A stretch of 58,555 nucleotides of DNA, taken from NCBI GenBank assembly GCA_017463445.1, contig JAFTPF010000117.1, forward strand, positions 1-58,555. The letters are read 5' to 3'. This document shows positions 26,258-38,503 of the stretch, in pieces. The notes under the pieces were generated by a model. That model made no database searches and was not told the origin of the DNA. It saw only the letters and a program-made list of their open reading frames with translations. Position 1 is the first letter of the stretch; each line of letters opens with the position of its first letter. A program made the position numbers and the translations under genes. The stretch comes from Clostridia bacterium. GTDB taxonomy: Bacteria; Bacillota; Clostridia; Oscillospirales; CAG-272.

Positions 26258-26853
26258 AAGTTAGTCTCCTTGTGAGCATCGGTTTGAATCAGTGAATGAT
26301 GACAGAATACGCATCGCTCCGCCCCTTCGGGGGAAATGCCGCTGCACAGAATGCAGGTGGTGGGCAGCTTATCGGTCGTCAGATGAAGGCGACTGCCGCG
26401 AAAATGGATCAGCTCGTCACCCTCCTTCCAAGGGGGAGGAGCGTAGGGATCGGGAAGAGGGAGATCTAGTATCAGGAGCTTGCCTTCTTTGCTTTCAACG
26501 GTCACCTCTGCATGGGGGATATAGGTGTCGTCTTGCCTGGTGCGAACGATGATCGGCTGTCGGAAATTATAGGGGCGGCAAGAGCGCACCACGCCCCGAT
26601 AGGAGCGATCCTTCAGCCTTTTGGGGAGCTTCAGCAGGAAGATGGGGAGGATCACCGCCGCCAGCAATACGGTGGGGGCAACTACCATGCTGTCGGGGTC
26701 AAGGATGGGATAGATCACAAAAAGGCTGACGGCGATCAGCAGGACGATCCATATTGCGTAGAGCAAAAAGGGGAGGGCGATCCGTTTGCGCAGAACCTTT
26801 CGCAGATCGCCGCACTCGGGCGGGATCTGCGGGCGGGGAGAGGGGCGTTTCAT
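26254..26853 (-). CDS. Membrane zinc-ribbon protein, function unknown
   Basis: 199 aa; PRPQIPPECGDLRK motif, 2 TM, beta-rich domain, CILCSG...CVFCHH; ATGA overlap with the downstream gene. Confidence 0.5.
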   Translation of the reverse strand: MKRPSPRPQIPPECGDLRKVLRKRIALPFLLYAIWIVLLIAVSLFVIYPILDPDSMVVAPTVLLAAVILPIFLLKLPKRLKDRSYRGVVRSCRPYNFRQPIIVRTRQDDTYIPHAEVTVESKEGKLLILDLPLPDPYAPPPWKEGDELIHFRGSRLHLTTDKLPTTCILCSGISPEGAERCVFCHHSLIQTDAHKETNL

Positions 26854-26938
26854 CGGTTGGCCTCCTTAAAAGTGAGTCTGTCAGCAGTCGCTCGGGGATT
26901 GTGACCGTCTGTGCGGTCGGTCGTGAAAGGGAAGGGGA

Positions 26939-27913
26939 TTACTCAGCGGAATTTGCCTGCTGCTTTGCGATGTCCAGGATGGTCATAAAGTCCTCCTGCG
27001 AGACCCAGGTCTCGGGGAGCTTGCCGTCCCAGCCGTTGATGTAGAAGTACTGGAGCAGCTCCTCGGTCATGGAGTTTGCCAGCAGCTGGTTAGCGGCGGC
27101 CTCCTGTTCCTTGCGGTACTTTTCTGCGTCCGCTTCGATCTTGGTGACCTCAGCCGCGGCGTTTGCCTTGGTCTTGGCGACCTCTGCGTCTGCCTCAGCC
27201 TGGATCTTGGCGGCGTCGGCGGCTGCCTGGGCGTTGATCTTGGCACGCTCGGCTGCCTTCGCGGCTTCCATGTTTGCCTGCTCCTGTTCGGTCTCAGCCT
27301 TCAGCTTGTTCTGAGCGGCTACCTGCTTTGCCTCAACTGCAGCAGTGAACGCCTCGGTGAAGTCGATGTTCTCGATGGAAGCGGACACAAGCTGGACGTT
27401 GTAGGATGCCAGATCGGCTACCAGCACCTCGTAGATCTCGTTGGACAGCTTCTCGCGGCTGTCGATCAGCGACTCTGCATCATAGTGGGCAACCATCTTC
27501 TTCACCGCCTCGTTGATGCGGGGGGTCATAACGGTGTTGAAGTAGTCGGTGCCGATGGTCTTGTAGATGTTCTGAGCATTTTTCTTCTCGATCTGGTAGT
27601 TGACGGTGTAAACTACATCTACTTCCTGGATGTCGGAAGAGAAGCAGACCAGCGTCAGGGTGGACTTCTGGTTGCGGTTGTCCATGTTGACCACCTTCTG
27701 CCAGGGAAGCTTGAAGTGGATGCCTGCCTCAAGCGTTTCGTTCTCGACCTTACCGAAGGTGGTGATGATGCCGGTGTGACCGGTGGGAACCTCTGCGAAG
27801 CAGTTGAAGCCGACGACGATCAGCAGGATCAGTGCGATGCCTGCGATCACCAGTCCCGCGATCTTCTTGGGGCTGAAATTCATTTTGTTTGCGCTGAAAC
27901 GATATGTACTCAT
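26939..27913 (-). CDS. SPFH/Band-7 (prohibitin/HflC-like) membrane protein with Ala/Glu/Lys-rich coiled-coil tail
   Basis: TGHTGIITTFGKV...GIHFKLPWQKV SPFH core; ATG 27913 preceded by AAAGGAGG. Confidence 0.85.
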   Translation of the reverse strand: MSTYRFSANKMNFSPKKIAGLVIAGIALILLIVVGFNCFAEVPTGHTGIITTFGKVENETLEAGIHFKLPWQKVVNMDNRNQKSTLTLVCFSSDIQEVDVVYTVNYQIEKKNAQNIYKTIGTDYFNTVMTPRINEAVKKMVAHYDAESLIDSREKLSNEIYEVLVADLASYNVQLVSASIENIDFTEAFTAAVEAKQVAAQNKLKAETEQEQANMEAAKAAERAKINAQAAADAAKIQAEADAEVAKTKANAAAEVTKIEADAEKYRKEQEAAANQLLANSMTEELLQYFYINGWDGKLPETWVSQEDFMTILDIAKQQANSAE

Positions 27914-27944
27914 GTTTTTAAGTACCTCCTTTTGTGATGATTCT

Positions 27945-27973
27945 ATTATAGCACACAATCAAATGATTGTCAA
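27945..27973 (-). promoter_or_regulatory. Consensus sigma-A promoter of the SPFH operon
   Basis: Minus strand TTGACA-17-TATAAT. Confidence 0.65.
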
Positions 27974-28075
27974 TAGCATTTTGTAAATTTTTTCGACTTT
28001 TTTTGTACTTTTCTGACAATTCCGGAAGAACAGAAAAAGTCGGCATTTTGCGAGAATTTTTGTACAATATGCCAA

Positions 28076-28111
28076 CAGGGCATTGCAATTTTGCCCTGAT
28101 TGTGTTACAAT
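28076..28111 (+). promoter_or_regulatory. Promoter of the GH2 gene with overlapping inverted repeat
   Basis: CAGGGCA-N9-TGCCCTG (28076-28098) spans TTGCAA (28083-28088); 17-nt spacer; TGtTACAAT. Confidence 0.5.
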
Positions 28112-28113
28112 AA

Positions 28114-32448
<4,335 letters not shown>

Positions 32449-32456
32449 TACGGCAA

Positions 32457-32491
32457 TCCCCATCCTTCGCAAGAAGGGTGGGGAGATTTTT
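32457..32491 (+). terminator. Intrinsic terminator after the GH2 gene
   Basis: TCCCCATCCTTC-GCAA-GAAGGGTGGGGA followed by GATTTTT. Confidence 0.7.
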
Positions 32492-32507
32492 GGGGAGCGG
32501 AAAATAA

Positions 32508-32535
32508 AAAAGTCGCCCATCGAAAGGCGACTTTT
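32508..32535 (-). terminator. Intrinsic terminator of the XRE gene
   Basis: AAAAGTCGCC-N8-GGCGACTTTT overlapping the stop; T-run on the minus strand. Confidence 0.6.
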
Positions 32536-32779
32536 ACTTTTCAATTTCTAAATCTGCCGAACAGAAAATCTCGTCATCTAAAAACTCGGTAAGCGGCATA
32601 TTGAATCCTCTTGCAAGCAGAATAACGGTGCTAAGAGTGACCGTTTTATTTCGACCGTTCATTATGCATTGCATACTTCCGTGCTGTATTCCCGATTCTT
32701 GTTCTAAACGGTATTGAGACATATTCTTTTCTTGCAGTAATTTAGAAATGCGTTTTGCGACAGCGTCATTTACAGTCAA
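32534..32779 (-). CDS. XRE-family helix-turn-helix transcriptional regulator
   Basis: AKRISKLLQEKNMSQYRLEQESGI HTH; TTG 32779 preceded by GGGAGG (track start 32794 is also TTG); low-GC gene. Confidence 0.7.
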   Translation of the reverse strand: MTVNDAVAKRISKLLQEKNMSQYRLEQESGIQHGSMQCIMNGRNKTVTLSTVILLARGFNMPLTEFLDDEIFCSADLEIEK

Positions 32780-32819
32780 GCGGATACCTCCCAATAAAAC
32801 AATTTAACTTTGAAGTTAT

Positions 32820-32928
32820 ACCTACATATATATTCTATCAAGAAAGCAAAAATATTTTAAGAAGGCACACCTACATACTATTGATTTTTGACGAAACAAG
32901 TGATATAATGTATAGGAACACCTACATA
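32820..32928 (+). promoter_or_regulatory. Three direct ACCTACATA boxes spaced ~50 bp (candidate operator array)
   Basis: Boxes at 32820-32828, 32869-32877, 32920-32928 in the AT-rich divergent region next to the XRE gene. Confidence 0.4.
32881..32909 (+). promoter_or_regulatory. Strong sigma-A-like promoter with no convincing ORF for ~460 nt
   Basis: TTGATT-17-TGaTATAAT; predicted start falls on the third ACCTACATA box. Confidence 0.5.
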
Positions 32929-33137
32929 AAAGGAAAATGTGCTATAGTAATCACATTTTGCGGACACGCAAAGTATCACAAAACAGAGGAATATGAGCGA
33001 AGGATACTTGCATTTTAGAAGAAAAGGTGGGAAACCAACCCACCTAATTCATTTTACAATCAGTATTTGATAATTATTTTGAAAATTTTGAATTTCATGC
33101 AACAAAACCGCGATTTGAAGGAATTATATGTAACAGC

Positions 33138-33274
33138 GTGTCGAAAAAATCCTTATCAAAATCGAAGGGAGGGCGAAACCATCTCAAACGCCGAAGTTTT
33201 CGCCCTCCCTTCGAGCATCCCACCCACTTCCTTGGCTGGCGGCATTCTATAATTGTACTTTATCGACAAACTGA
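33138..33274 (+). repeat. Family B structured repeat, copy 1 (137 bp)
   Basis: 16-bp perfect stem CGAAGGGAGGGCGAAA/TTTCGCCCTCCCTTCG around loop CCATCTCAAACGCCGAAGT; tail ...TTCCTTGGCTGGCG...TTTATCGACAAACTGA. Confidence 0.8.
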
Positions 33275-33379
33275 TGTAAGAAGGATTTATTGCACAGTAG
33301 ATTGATCAATCGAACGGAGCCGTACATTTTTATTGTGTGCGGCTTTGGATAGATATTTTTTATAATAAGGAGAAGGACT

Positions 33380-35095
33380 ATGAAAAAATGGATTTCGATT
33401 CTACTTACGCTTGCAACGATGCTGACTGCAGTGGTGATGTTTGCTCTGCCGGTCAGTGCCCAGACGGCGAGCGGTAAGTGCGGCGCAGAAGGCGACGGCT
33501 CCAATCTGACCTGGACGGTAAATACCGATACGGGTGTATTGGAAATTAAGGGCAAAGGCGCAATGGAGAATTATGATTACTTTGATGCACCTTGGCATTC
33601 ATACGGGTTTGATGTAAAAAACGTAATTCTGCCCGATGGATTGATCAATATTGGAGATCATGCGTTTGAATCATGTTATAGAATGACCAGCATAACTATT
33701 CCCGGCAGTGTGAAAGTAATTGGGGCATATGCGTTTGACAATGCCGACTTGACAAGCCTCACCATTCCGAACGGAGTGACTACGATCAAAGAACATGCAT
33801 TTGACGGGTGTAGAGAACTGACCAGCGTGAAATTTTCCAATAGCGTTATTACGATCGGTAGCATGGCGTTCTATGACTGCCAAAGTCTCACAAGCGTAAC
33901 GATTCCCGAAGGTGTAACCACCATCGGAGACGACGCATTCAGAGGTTGCGATAATTTGAAAAATATTACGTTTCCCGATAGTGTGACCTCGCTGGGATTA
34001 CAGGTGTGCTATGACACAGCCTATTACAAGGACAGAGCCAATTGGACGGGCGATGCGTTATATATCGGTCGCCATTTGGTGGAGGTAAGAAGCGAATCTG
34101 TATCGGATAAGTTCACCATTCGCGAGGGTACTTTGACGATTTCGGCTTCTTGCTTTTCATACCGTGAGGATCTGACCGAGGTGGTCATTCCCGATAGTGT
34201 CGTTGCAATCGGTGCCCGCGCATTTTATAAGTGCAAAAACCTTGCGAACGCTGTGATTCCCGAAAACGTAATCGTGATCGGAAAAGAGGCATTTTATCAG
34301 TGTGAGACTTTGACGGATGTAATCATTCCCGCCGGTGTGACCACAGTTGAGGAAGGGGCGTTTTATGGTTGCTCAAATCTTACGAGCGTCACGCTCTCGG
34401 GCGGCGTAGTCACGATCGGTAAGCAAGCGTTTTCGGGATGTTCCGATCTGACGAGTGTAATATTACCCGATAGTGTGACCACGATTGGAGAAGGTGCATT
34501 TCAGTTCGTACATTTTACAGATGTAGTGATAGGCAGCGGTATAACCGAAATCGAGGAAGAGGCGTTCTATTGGTGCAACTCTTTGAAGAATGTTTACATT
34601 AAATCCGCTGCGGTTGCGAATCAATTGACTTCTTCAAGTGCATGTGGAGAGTTGATCAGCCGAGCAACCTCGGTTATGATATCGGATGAGATCACATCTG
34701 TCCCGGAATTTATCACCGAGAATTATCCCTACACCGCGTCGGAAACCCACGAGGGAGTTGCCTATACAGTTTACACCAAAAACGCACCCCCTCCGGAGAC
34801 TGCTCCCGAAACGAATGGAGACGTCACCGACGCGCCTGTGACCACCGACAAGCCCGTCACCGCCGCGCCCGTCGTCACCGACAAGCCTGTCACCGACGCA
34901 CCCGTGACCTCCACGGCTCCCACCACCACCGAGAAGGTGCCCACGACTACCGCTCCCGATACAAACGCAAGCGTTGACATTTCCGCCGACAACGACGAGG
35001 GCGGCGACAGCTCGACGATCGTCATCGTGGTATTGGCTATTTGCCTTGTCGGCGCAGTTGTGGCAATCGTTGTGGTTGCAATGAAGAAGAAATAA
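33380..35095 (+). CDS. BspA-type leucine-rich-repeat surface protein with Pro/Thr-rich stalk and C-terminal TM anchor
   Basis: 571 aa; signal peptide; repeated ...IPxxVTxIGxxAFxxCxxLTSV... LRR_5 units; TDKPVT repeats; C-terminal hydrophobic helix + KKK. Confidence 0.85.
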   Translation: MKKWISILLTLATMLTAVVMFALPVSAQTASGKCGAEGDGSNLTWTVNTDTGVLEIKGKGAMENYDYFDAPWHSYGFDVKNVILPDGLINIGDHAFESCYRMTSITIPGSVKVIGAYAFDNADLTSLTIPNGVTTIKEHAFDGCRELTSVKFSNSVITIGSMAFYDCQSLTSVTIPEGVTTIGDDAFRGCDNLKNITFPDSVTSLGLQVCYDTAYYKDRANWTGDALYIGRHLVEVRSESVSDKFTIREGTLTISASCFSYREDLTEVVIPDSVVAIGARAFYKCKNLANAVIPENVIVIGKEAFYQCETLTDVIIPAGVTTVEEGAFYGCSNLTSVTLSGGVVTIGKQAFSGCSDLTSVILPDSVTTIGEGAFQFVHFTDVVIGSGITEIEEEAFYWCNSLKNVYIKSAAVANQLTSSSACGELISRATSVMISDEITSVPEFITENYPYTASETHEGVAYTVYTKNAPPPETAPETNGDVTDAPVTTDKPVTAAPVVTDKPVTDAPVTSTAPTTTEKVPTTTAPDTNASVDISADNDEGGDSSTIVIVVLAICLVGAVVAIVVVAMKKK

Positions 35096-35149
35096 CCGCA
35101 TAAGCGGCACTGCCGCGCAACCTCCCTTTCTTTTGAAAGGGAGGACAGA

Positions 35150-35286
35150 GTGTCGAAAAAGTGTCAATGATAACTGGAGGAAGGGGAAAACCATCTCAAA
35201 CGCCGAAGTTTTTCCCCTTCCTCCAGACCTCCTACCCCATTCCTTGGCTGGCGACTTTCTAAATTTATAGTTTATCGACAGACTGA
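35150..35286 (+). repeat. Family B structured repeat, copy 2 (137 bp)
   Basis: 17-bp perfect stem CTGGAGGAAGGGGAAAA/TTTTCCCCTTCCTCCAG around the identical 19-nt loop; same tail motifs and same length as copy 1. Confidence 0.8.
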
Positions 35287-35318
35287 CCTCCCTTTTCTCA
35301 CGAAAAGGGAGGATTTTT
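35287..35318 (+). terminator. Intrinsic terminator directly after family B copy 2
   Basis: CCTCCCTTTT-CTCACG-AAAAGGGAGG followed by ATTTTT. Confidence 0.7.
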
Positions 35319-35388
35319 GCAAGTGCGCGAAAGCCCGCTTGCGCTTGCGGAATTATGGATAAAAATCCGATAAAATCGCAAATATGTA

Positions 35389-35417
35389 TTGACAAATTCG
35401 CTTAATTGTGGTAAAGT
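35389..35417 (+). promoter_or_regulatory. Sigma-A promoter of the DUF4965 gene
   Basis: TTGACA-17-TGgTAAAGT. Confidence 0.55.
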
Positions 35418-35469
35418 AAATACGGATATGATCCGAAAAAATTTTTTCCTCAGCGAAAGGAATACGCTT

Positions 35470-37416
35470 ATGAAACTCAGACCTCCGTCAGTCCCGCTGA
35501 TCACAGTGGACCCCTATTTCTCCGTATGGTCTCCTGCGGACAAGCTCACCGATTCTACCACCGAACACTGGACAGGCAAGCCCAACACTATGATCGGCAC
35601 CGTTACCGTTGACGGTACCAAATACATCTTTATGGGCAGACACAACAAGAGAATGCCCAAGATGGAGCAGGTCGATCTGAAGGTTACTGCGCTCTCCACC
35701 GAGTATACCTTCGAAGGCGCAGGCATCCAGCTGACCGCTCTCTTCTCCACCCCCCTGCTGCCCGACGATTACTACTACTTCACCCGTCCCATCTCCTACC
35801 TGAAGCTCTCCTACACCTCCGTGGACGGCGCTTCTCACACCGTTACCGCTAAGGTCGCAGTATCCGAGGAGATTTGTCTGGACTTCCGCGGCTTCGGCAA
35901 GGTTGAGACCGAGGTCATGACGCTGGGCGACGGCATCGTTACCGCCAAGATCGGCAAGGCGGATCAGAAGGTTCTGGCACGCCGCGGCGACGATATCCGT
36001 ATCGACTGGGGTTACTTCTATCTCTCCACCAAGGGCGGCTGTGCTAAAGTGGAAGAGATCCCGATCGCTTTTCGCGAGAGAGAGCGTCACGGCGAGTCTA
36101 TCTTCATGACCTTCGTGACCGCTGAAAATACCGTTACCGAGTGCGGCACCCTCTTCACCTTCGCTTACGACGACGTAGAGTCGATGATCTACTTCGGCGA
36201 GCACCTGAAGACCTGGTGGAGCAAGGACGGCGCGCTGATCACCGACGAAATTGTAAAGGCATACGCTGATTACGCTGACGTGATGGTGAAGGCGGACGCT
36301 TTCTCCGCAAAGCTGGCCTCCGACGCAGAGGCTGCTGGCGGCAAGGAATACGCTGAGCTGCTGGAGCTGGCATACCGTCAGGTTTGCGCCGCTCACAAGT
36401 TGGTTCTGGACACCGACGGCAACATCCTGTACATCTCCAAGGAGTGCCACTCCAACGGCTGTGCCGCTACCGTTGACGTTTCCTACCCCTCCATCCCCAT
36501 GTTCCTGCTCTACAACCCCGAGCTGGTAGCAGGCATGATGAGACCCATCTACAAATACTCCCGCAGCGACGAGTGGGCAAAGAAGCTGAAGTTCGACTTC
36601 GCTCCCCACGACGCGGGTCAGTATCCTCACGTCAACGGTCAGGTTTACGCCGACAACAACATCGACGGTCAGATGCCCGTTGAGGAGTGCGGCAACATGA
36701 TCGTTATGGCGGCGACCCACGCCATCGCTTCCGGCGACGTAACCTTCGCTAAGGAAAACATGGATCTGTTGGAAATGTGGGCAAACTATCTGCTGAAGTA
36801 CGGCGCAGACCCTGCAAACCAGCTCTGCACCGACGACTTTGCAGGTCACCTGGCGCACAACTGTAACCTGTCCCTGAAGGCGATCTCGGGTATCATCGGT
36901 CTGTCCCTGATCTACAAGATGTTGGGCGAGACCGCAAAGGCTGACGAGTATCTGGCAAAGGCAAAGGAACTGGCTGCTGACTGGGCAGTCCGCGCATCCA
37001 ACGGCGACGGCTCCTACCGTCTGGCATTCGACCGTCCCGGCTCCTTCTCCATGAAGTACAACATCGTTTGGGATAAGCTGTTCGGCACCGGCGTCATGGA
37101 CAAGAACGTCATCGCTACCGAGGTTGCTTCCTACAAGGAAAAGACCTATCCCTACGGTCTGCCTCTGGACAACCGTAAGCCCTACACCAAGTCCGACTGG
37201 CTGGTATGGACTGCGACTCTGGCAGAAGACAAGGCAACCTTCGAAGAAATGGTTCATCCCCTGTGGCTGACCTATAACTTCTCCGACTCCCGTTGCCCTA
37301 TGACCGACTGGTACTGGGTACACACCGGTCAGCAGGTCGGCTTCCGTCATCGCTCCGTTCAGGGCGGCCTCTTCATCAAGCTCCTGGAAGCTTCCGGTAA
37401 GATGAAGATGAATTAA
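35470..37416 (+). CDS. Glutaminase-like DUF4964/DUF5127/DUF4965/DUF1793 protein (putative glycoside hydrolase)
   Basis: MKLRPPSVPLITVDPYFSVWSPADKLTD...HWTGKPN family N-terminus; ATG 35470 preceded by AAAGGAA. Confidence 0.8.
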   Translation: MKLRPPSVPLITVDPYFSVWSPADKLTDSTTEHWTGKPNTMIGTVTVDGTKYIFMGRHNKRMPKMEQVDLKVTALSTEYTFEGAGIQLTALFSTPLLPDDYYYFTRPISYLKLSYTSVDGASHTVTAKVAVSEEICLDFRGFGKVETEVMTLGDGIVTAKIGKADQKVLARRGDDIRIDWGYFYLSTKGGCAKVEEIPIAFRERERHGESIFMTFVTAENTVTECGTLFTFAYDDVESMIYFGEHLKTWWSKDGALITDEIVKAYADYADVMVKADAFSAKLASDAEAAGGKEYAELLELAYRQVCAAHKLVLDTDGNILYISKECHSNGCAATVDVSYPSIPMFLLYNPELVAGMMRPIYKYSRSDEWAKKLKFDFAPHDAGQYPHVNGQVYADNNIDGQMPVEECGNMIVMAATHAIASGDVTFAKENMDLLEMWANYLLKYGADPANQLCTDDFAGHLAHNCNLSLKAISGIIGLSLIYKMLGETAKADEYLAKAKELAADWAVRASNGDGSYRLAFDRPGSFSMKYNIVWDKLFGTGVMDKNVIATEVASYKEKTYPYGLPLDNRKPYTKSDWLVWTATLAEDKATFEEMVHPLWLTYNFSDSRCPMTDWYWVHTGQQVGFRHRSVQGGLFIKLLEASGKMKMN

Positions 37417-37424
37417 GTATAATC

Positions 37425-37501
37425 AAGGGGTGCTTTCTTGAAAGAAAGCACCCCTTTGACCCCGAAAGAACTTTTGAGGGGCGCGACGAATCCTCGTCGC
37501 G
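37425..37501 (+). repeat. Tripartite 3' element after the DUF4965 gene stop
   Basis: AAGGGGTGCTTTCTTGAAAGAAAGCACCCCTT + CCCCGAAAGAACTTTTGAGGGG + GCGCGACGAATCCTCGTCGCGC. Confidence 0.65.
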
Positions 37502-37555
37502 CACACTCAGGGCAAGGTATAGCCAAGGAGGATGACAAAGTCTTTCCCGACAGAC

Positions 37556-37700
37556 CCAGCCAAGGAAGATGAGAGGGGAATAGTTGCGCTATGCGCAACT
37601 ATGGGGAGAGAAGGAAACTTCGGCGTTTGAGGATGGTCTGCAGTTGCGCATAGCGCAACTGCCGGAGTTCGGCACAGCCGAACTCCATTTTCTCCCCTTC
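37556..37700 (-). repeat. Family B repeat, degenerate inverted copy 4 carrying embedded palindromes
   Basis: CCAGCCAAGG (37556-37565) and ACTTCGGCGTTTGAGGATGG (37617-37636) match the reverse complement of tail and loop. Stem arms are no longer complementary. 21-bp palindromes at 37581-37601 and 37641-37661. Confidence 0.6.
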
Positions 37701-37828
37701 TCAGATTACAATTTGGCAAAGCCGAATTGCTTCCTTATATTCCTAACGATTATTCCAAGTCACTATCTCGGCGGACGATGATTATCATTGGGGAGCAGGA
37801 GTGAAGTTCGGTGCGAGGCGTTCGTTTC

Positions 37829-37854
37829 GGGCCGTCGAGGACGTCGGCCCCTAC
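37829..37854 (-). repeat. Dispersed GTAGGG-plus-hairpin element (family C)
   Basis: GGGCCG-N10-CGGCCC followed by CTAC; same architecture as 2587-2611. Confidence 0.5.
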
Positions 37855-37917
37855 GAGTAAGAGGTGCATTCCTCGCATAAATCGCCGAAATTTCATCAAA
37901 AAATCTGCGAAAAGGAC

Positions 37918-37946
37918 TTGACAAGCATCACGATTTGTGGTAAACT
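37918..37946 (+). promoter_or_regulatory. Sigma-A promoter of rpmG-secE-nusG
   Basis: TTGACA-17-TGgTAAACT. Confidence 0.6.
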
Positions 37947-38075
37947 ATATCTACCTCTGCGAGGAGGGTTCTTTTTTCGTGCGGAGAAAGCACGAAAGCC
38001 CATGTATGCAGCCTCGTTTGAGGGAGGTAAACAAAGAAAAAGTCCGCTTTTTCTAATTTTTTAGGAGGTGCCGAA

Positions 38076-38225
38076 TTGAGAGTCAAAGTCACTATGGTTT
38101 GCAGTGAGTGCAAGCAGAGAAACTACAACACCAAGAAGAACAAGAAGAATGACCCCGACAGACTGGAAATGAACAAGTATTGCCGTTTCTGCAGAAAGCA
38201 TACTCTGCACAAGGAATCCAAGTAA
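38076..38225 (+). CDS. rpmG: 50S ribosomal protein L33
   Basis: Not in the track (TTG start, 49 aa). GGAGG RBS; translation [49 protein letters not shown]. Confidence 0.9.
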   Translation: MRVKVTMVCSECKQRNYNTKKNKKNDPDRLEMNKYCRFCRKHTLHKESK

Positions 38226-38239
38226 GGAGGGCATTCAAA

Positions 38240-38500
38240 ATGGCAGAAGAAAAGAAAGCGGTTGACACCGCAAAGCCCAAAAAGGAAAAGACCCCCAAAT
38301 CTCAGAAGGAAAAAGGCAAGATCGCAAAGTTCTTTGCCGACCTGAAGAGTGAACGCAAGAAGATCACCTGGTTCTCCAAGAAGGATACCATGAAATCTTC
38401 CGCGCTCGTTATCGGTGTTCTGGTCGTTTTCGCCGTTGTTATCTTCGGCGTCGACTGGTGCTTCGCAAATCTGATCGCGCTCCTGGCTAAGCTTGGTTAA
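38240..38500 (+). CDS. secE: Preprotein translocase subunit SecE
   Basis: 86 aa; Lys-rich N-terminus, KITWFSKKDT, single C-terminal TM; rpmG-secE-nusG synteny. Confidence 0.85.
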   Translation: MAEEKKAVDTAKPKKEKTPKSQKEKGKIAKFFADLKSERKKITWFSKKDTMKSSALVIGVLVVFAVVIFGVDWCFANLIALLAKLG

Positions 38501-38503
38501 GTT

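Noticed and set aside
33163-35226. Family B hairpins as integron attC sites flanking a gene cassette.
   Set aside because: attC sites conserve the stem-base R/L boxes (RYYYAAC/GTTRRRY) and vary centrally, whereas here the apical loop is conserved and the stem bases vary. No intI gene is present. The cassette idea is kept only in generic form.
35488-37350. Very long ORFs antisense to almost every real gene. Examples: 35488..37350, 22837..24522, 29080..30705, 30904..32544, 54066..55790, 44664..46073, 41290..42696, 14079..15446, 15676..16944, 18131..19309, 38123..39190, 232..1227, 1337..2467.
   Set aside because: Each mirrors a gene with clear family motifs on the opposite strand. They have low-complexity G/A/V/L/R/D-rich composition, no RBS and no recognisable domains. 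They are the expected by-product of GC-rich codon bias that avoids TTA/CTA/TCA on the sense strand.
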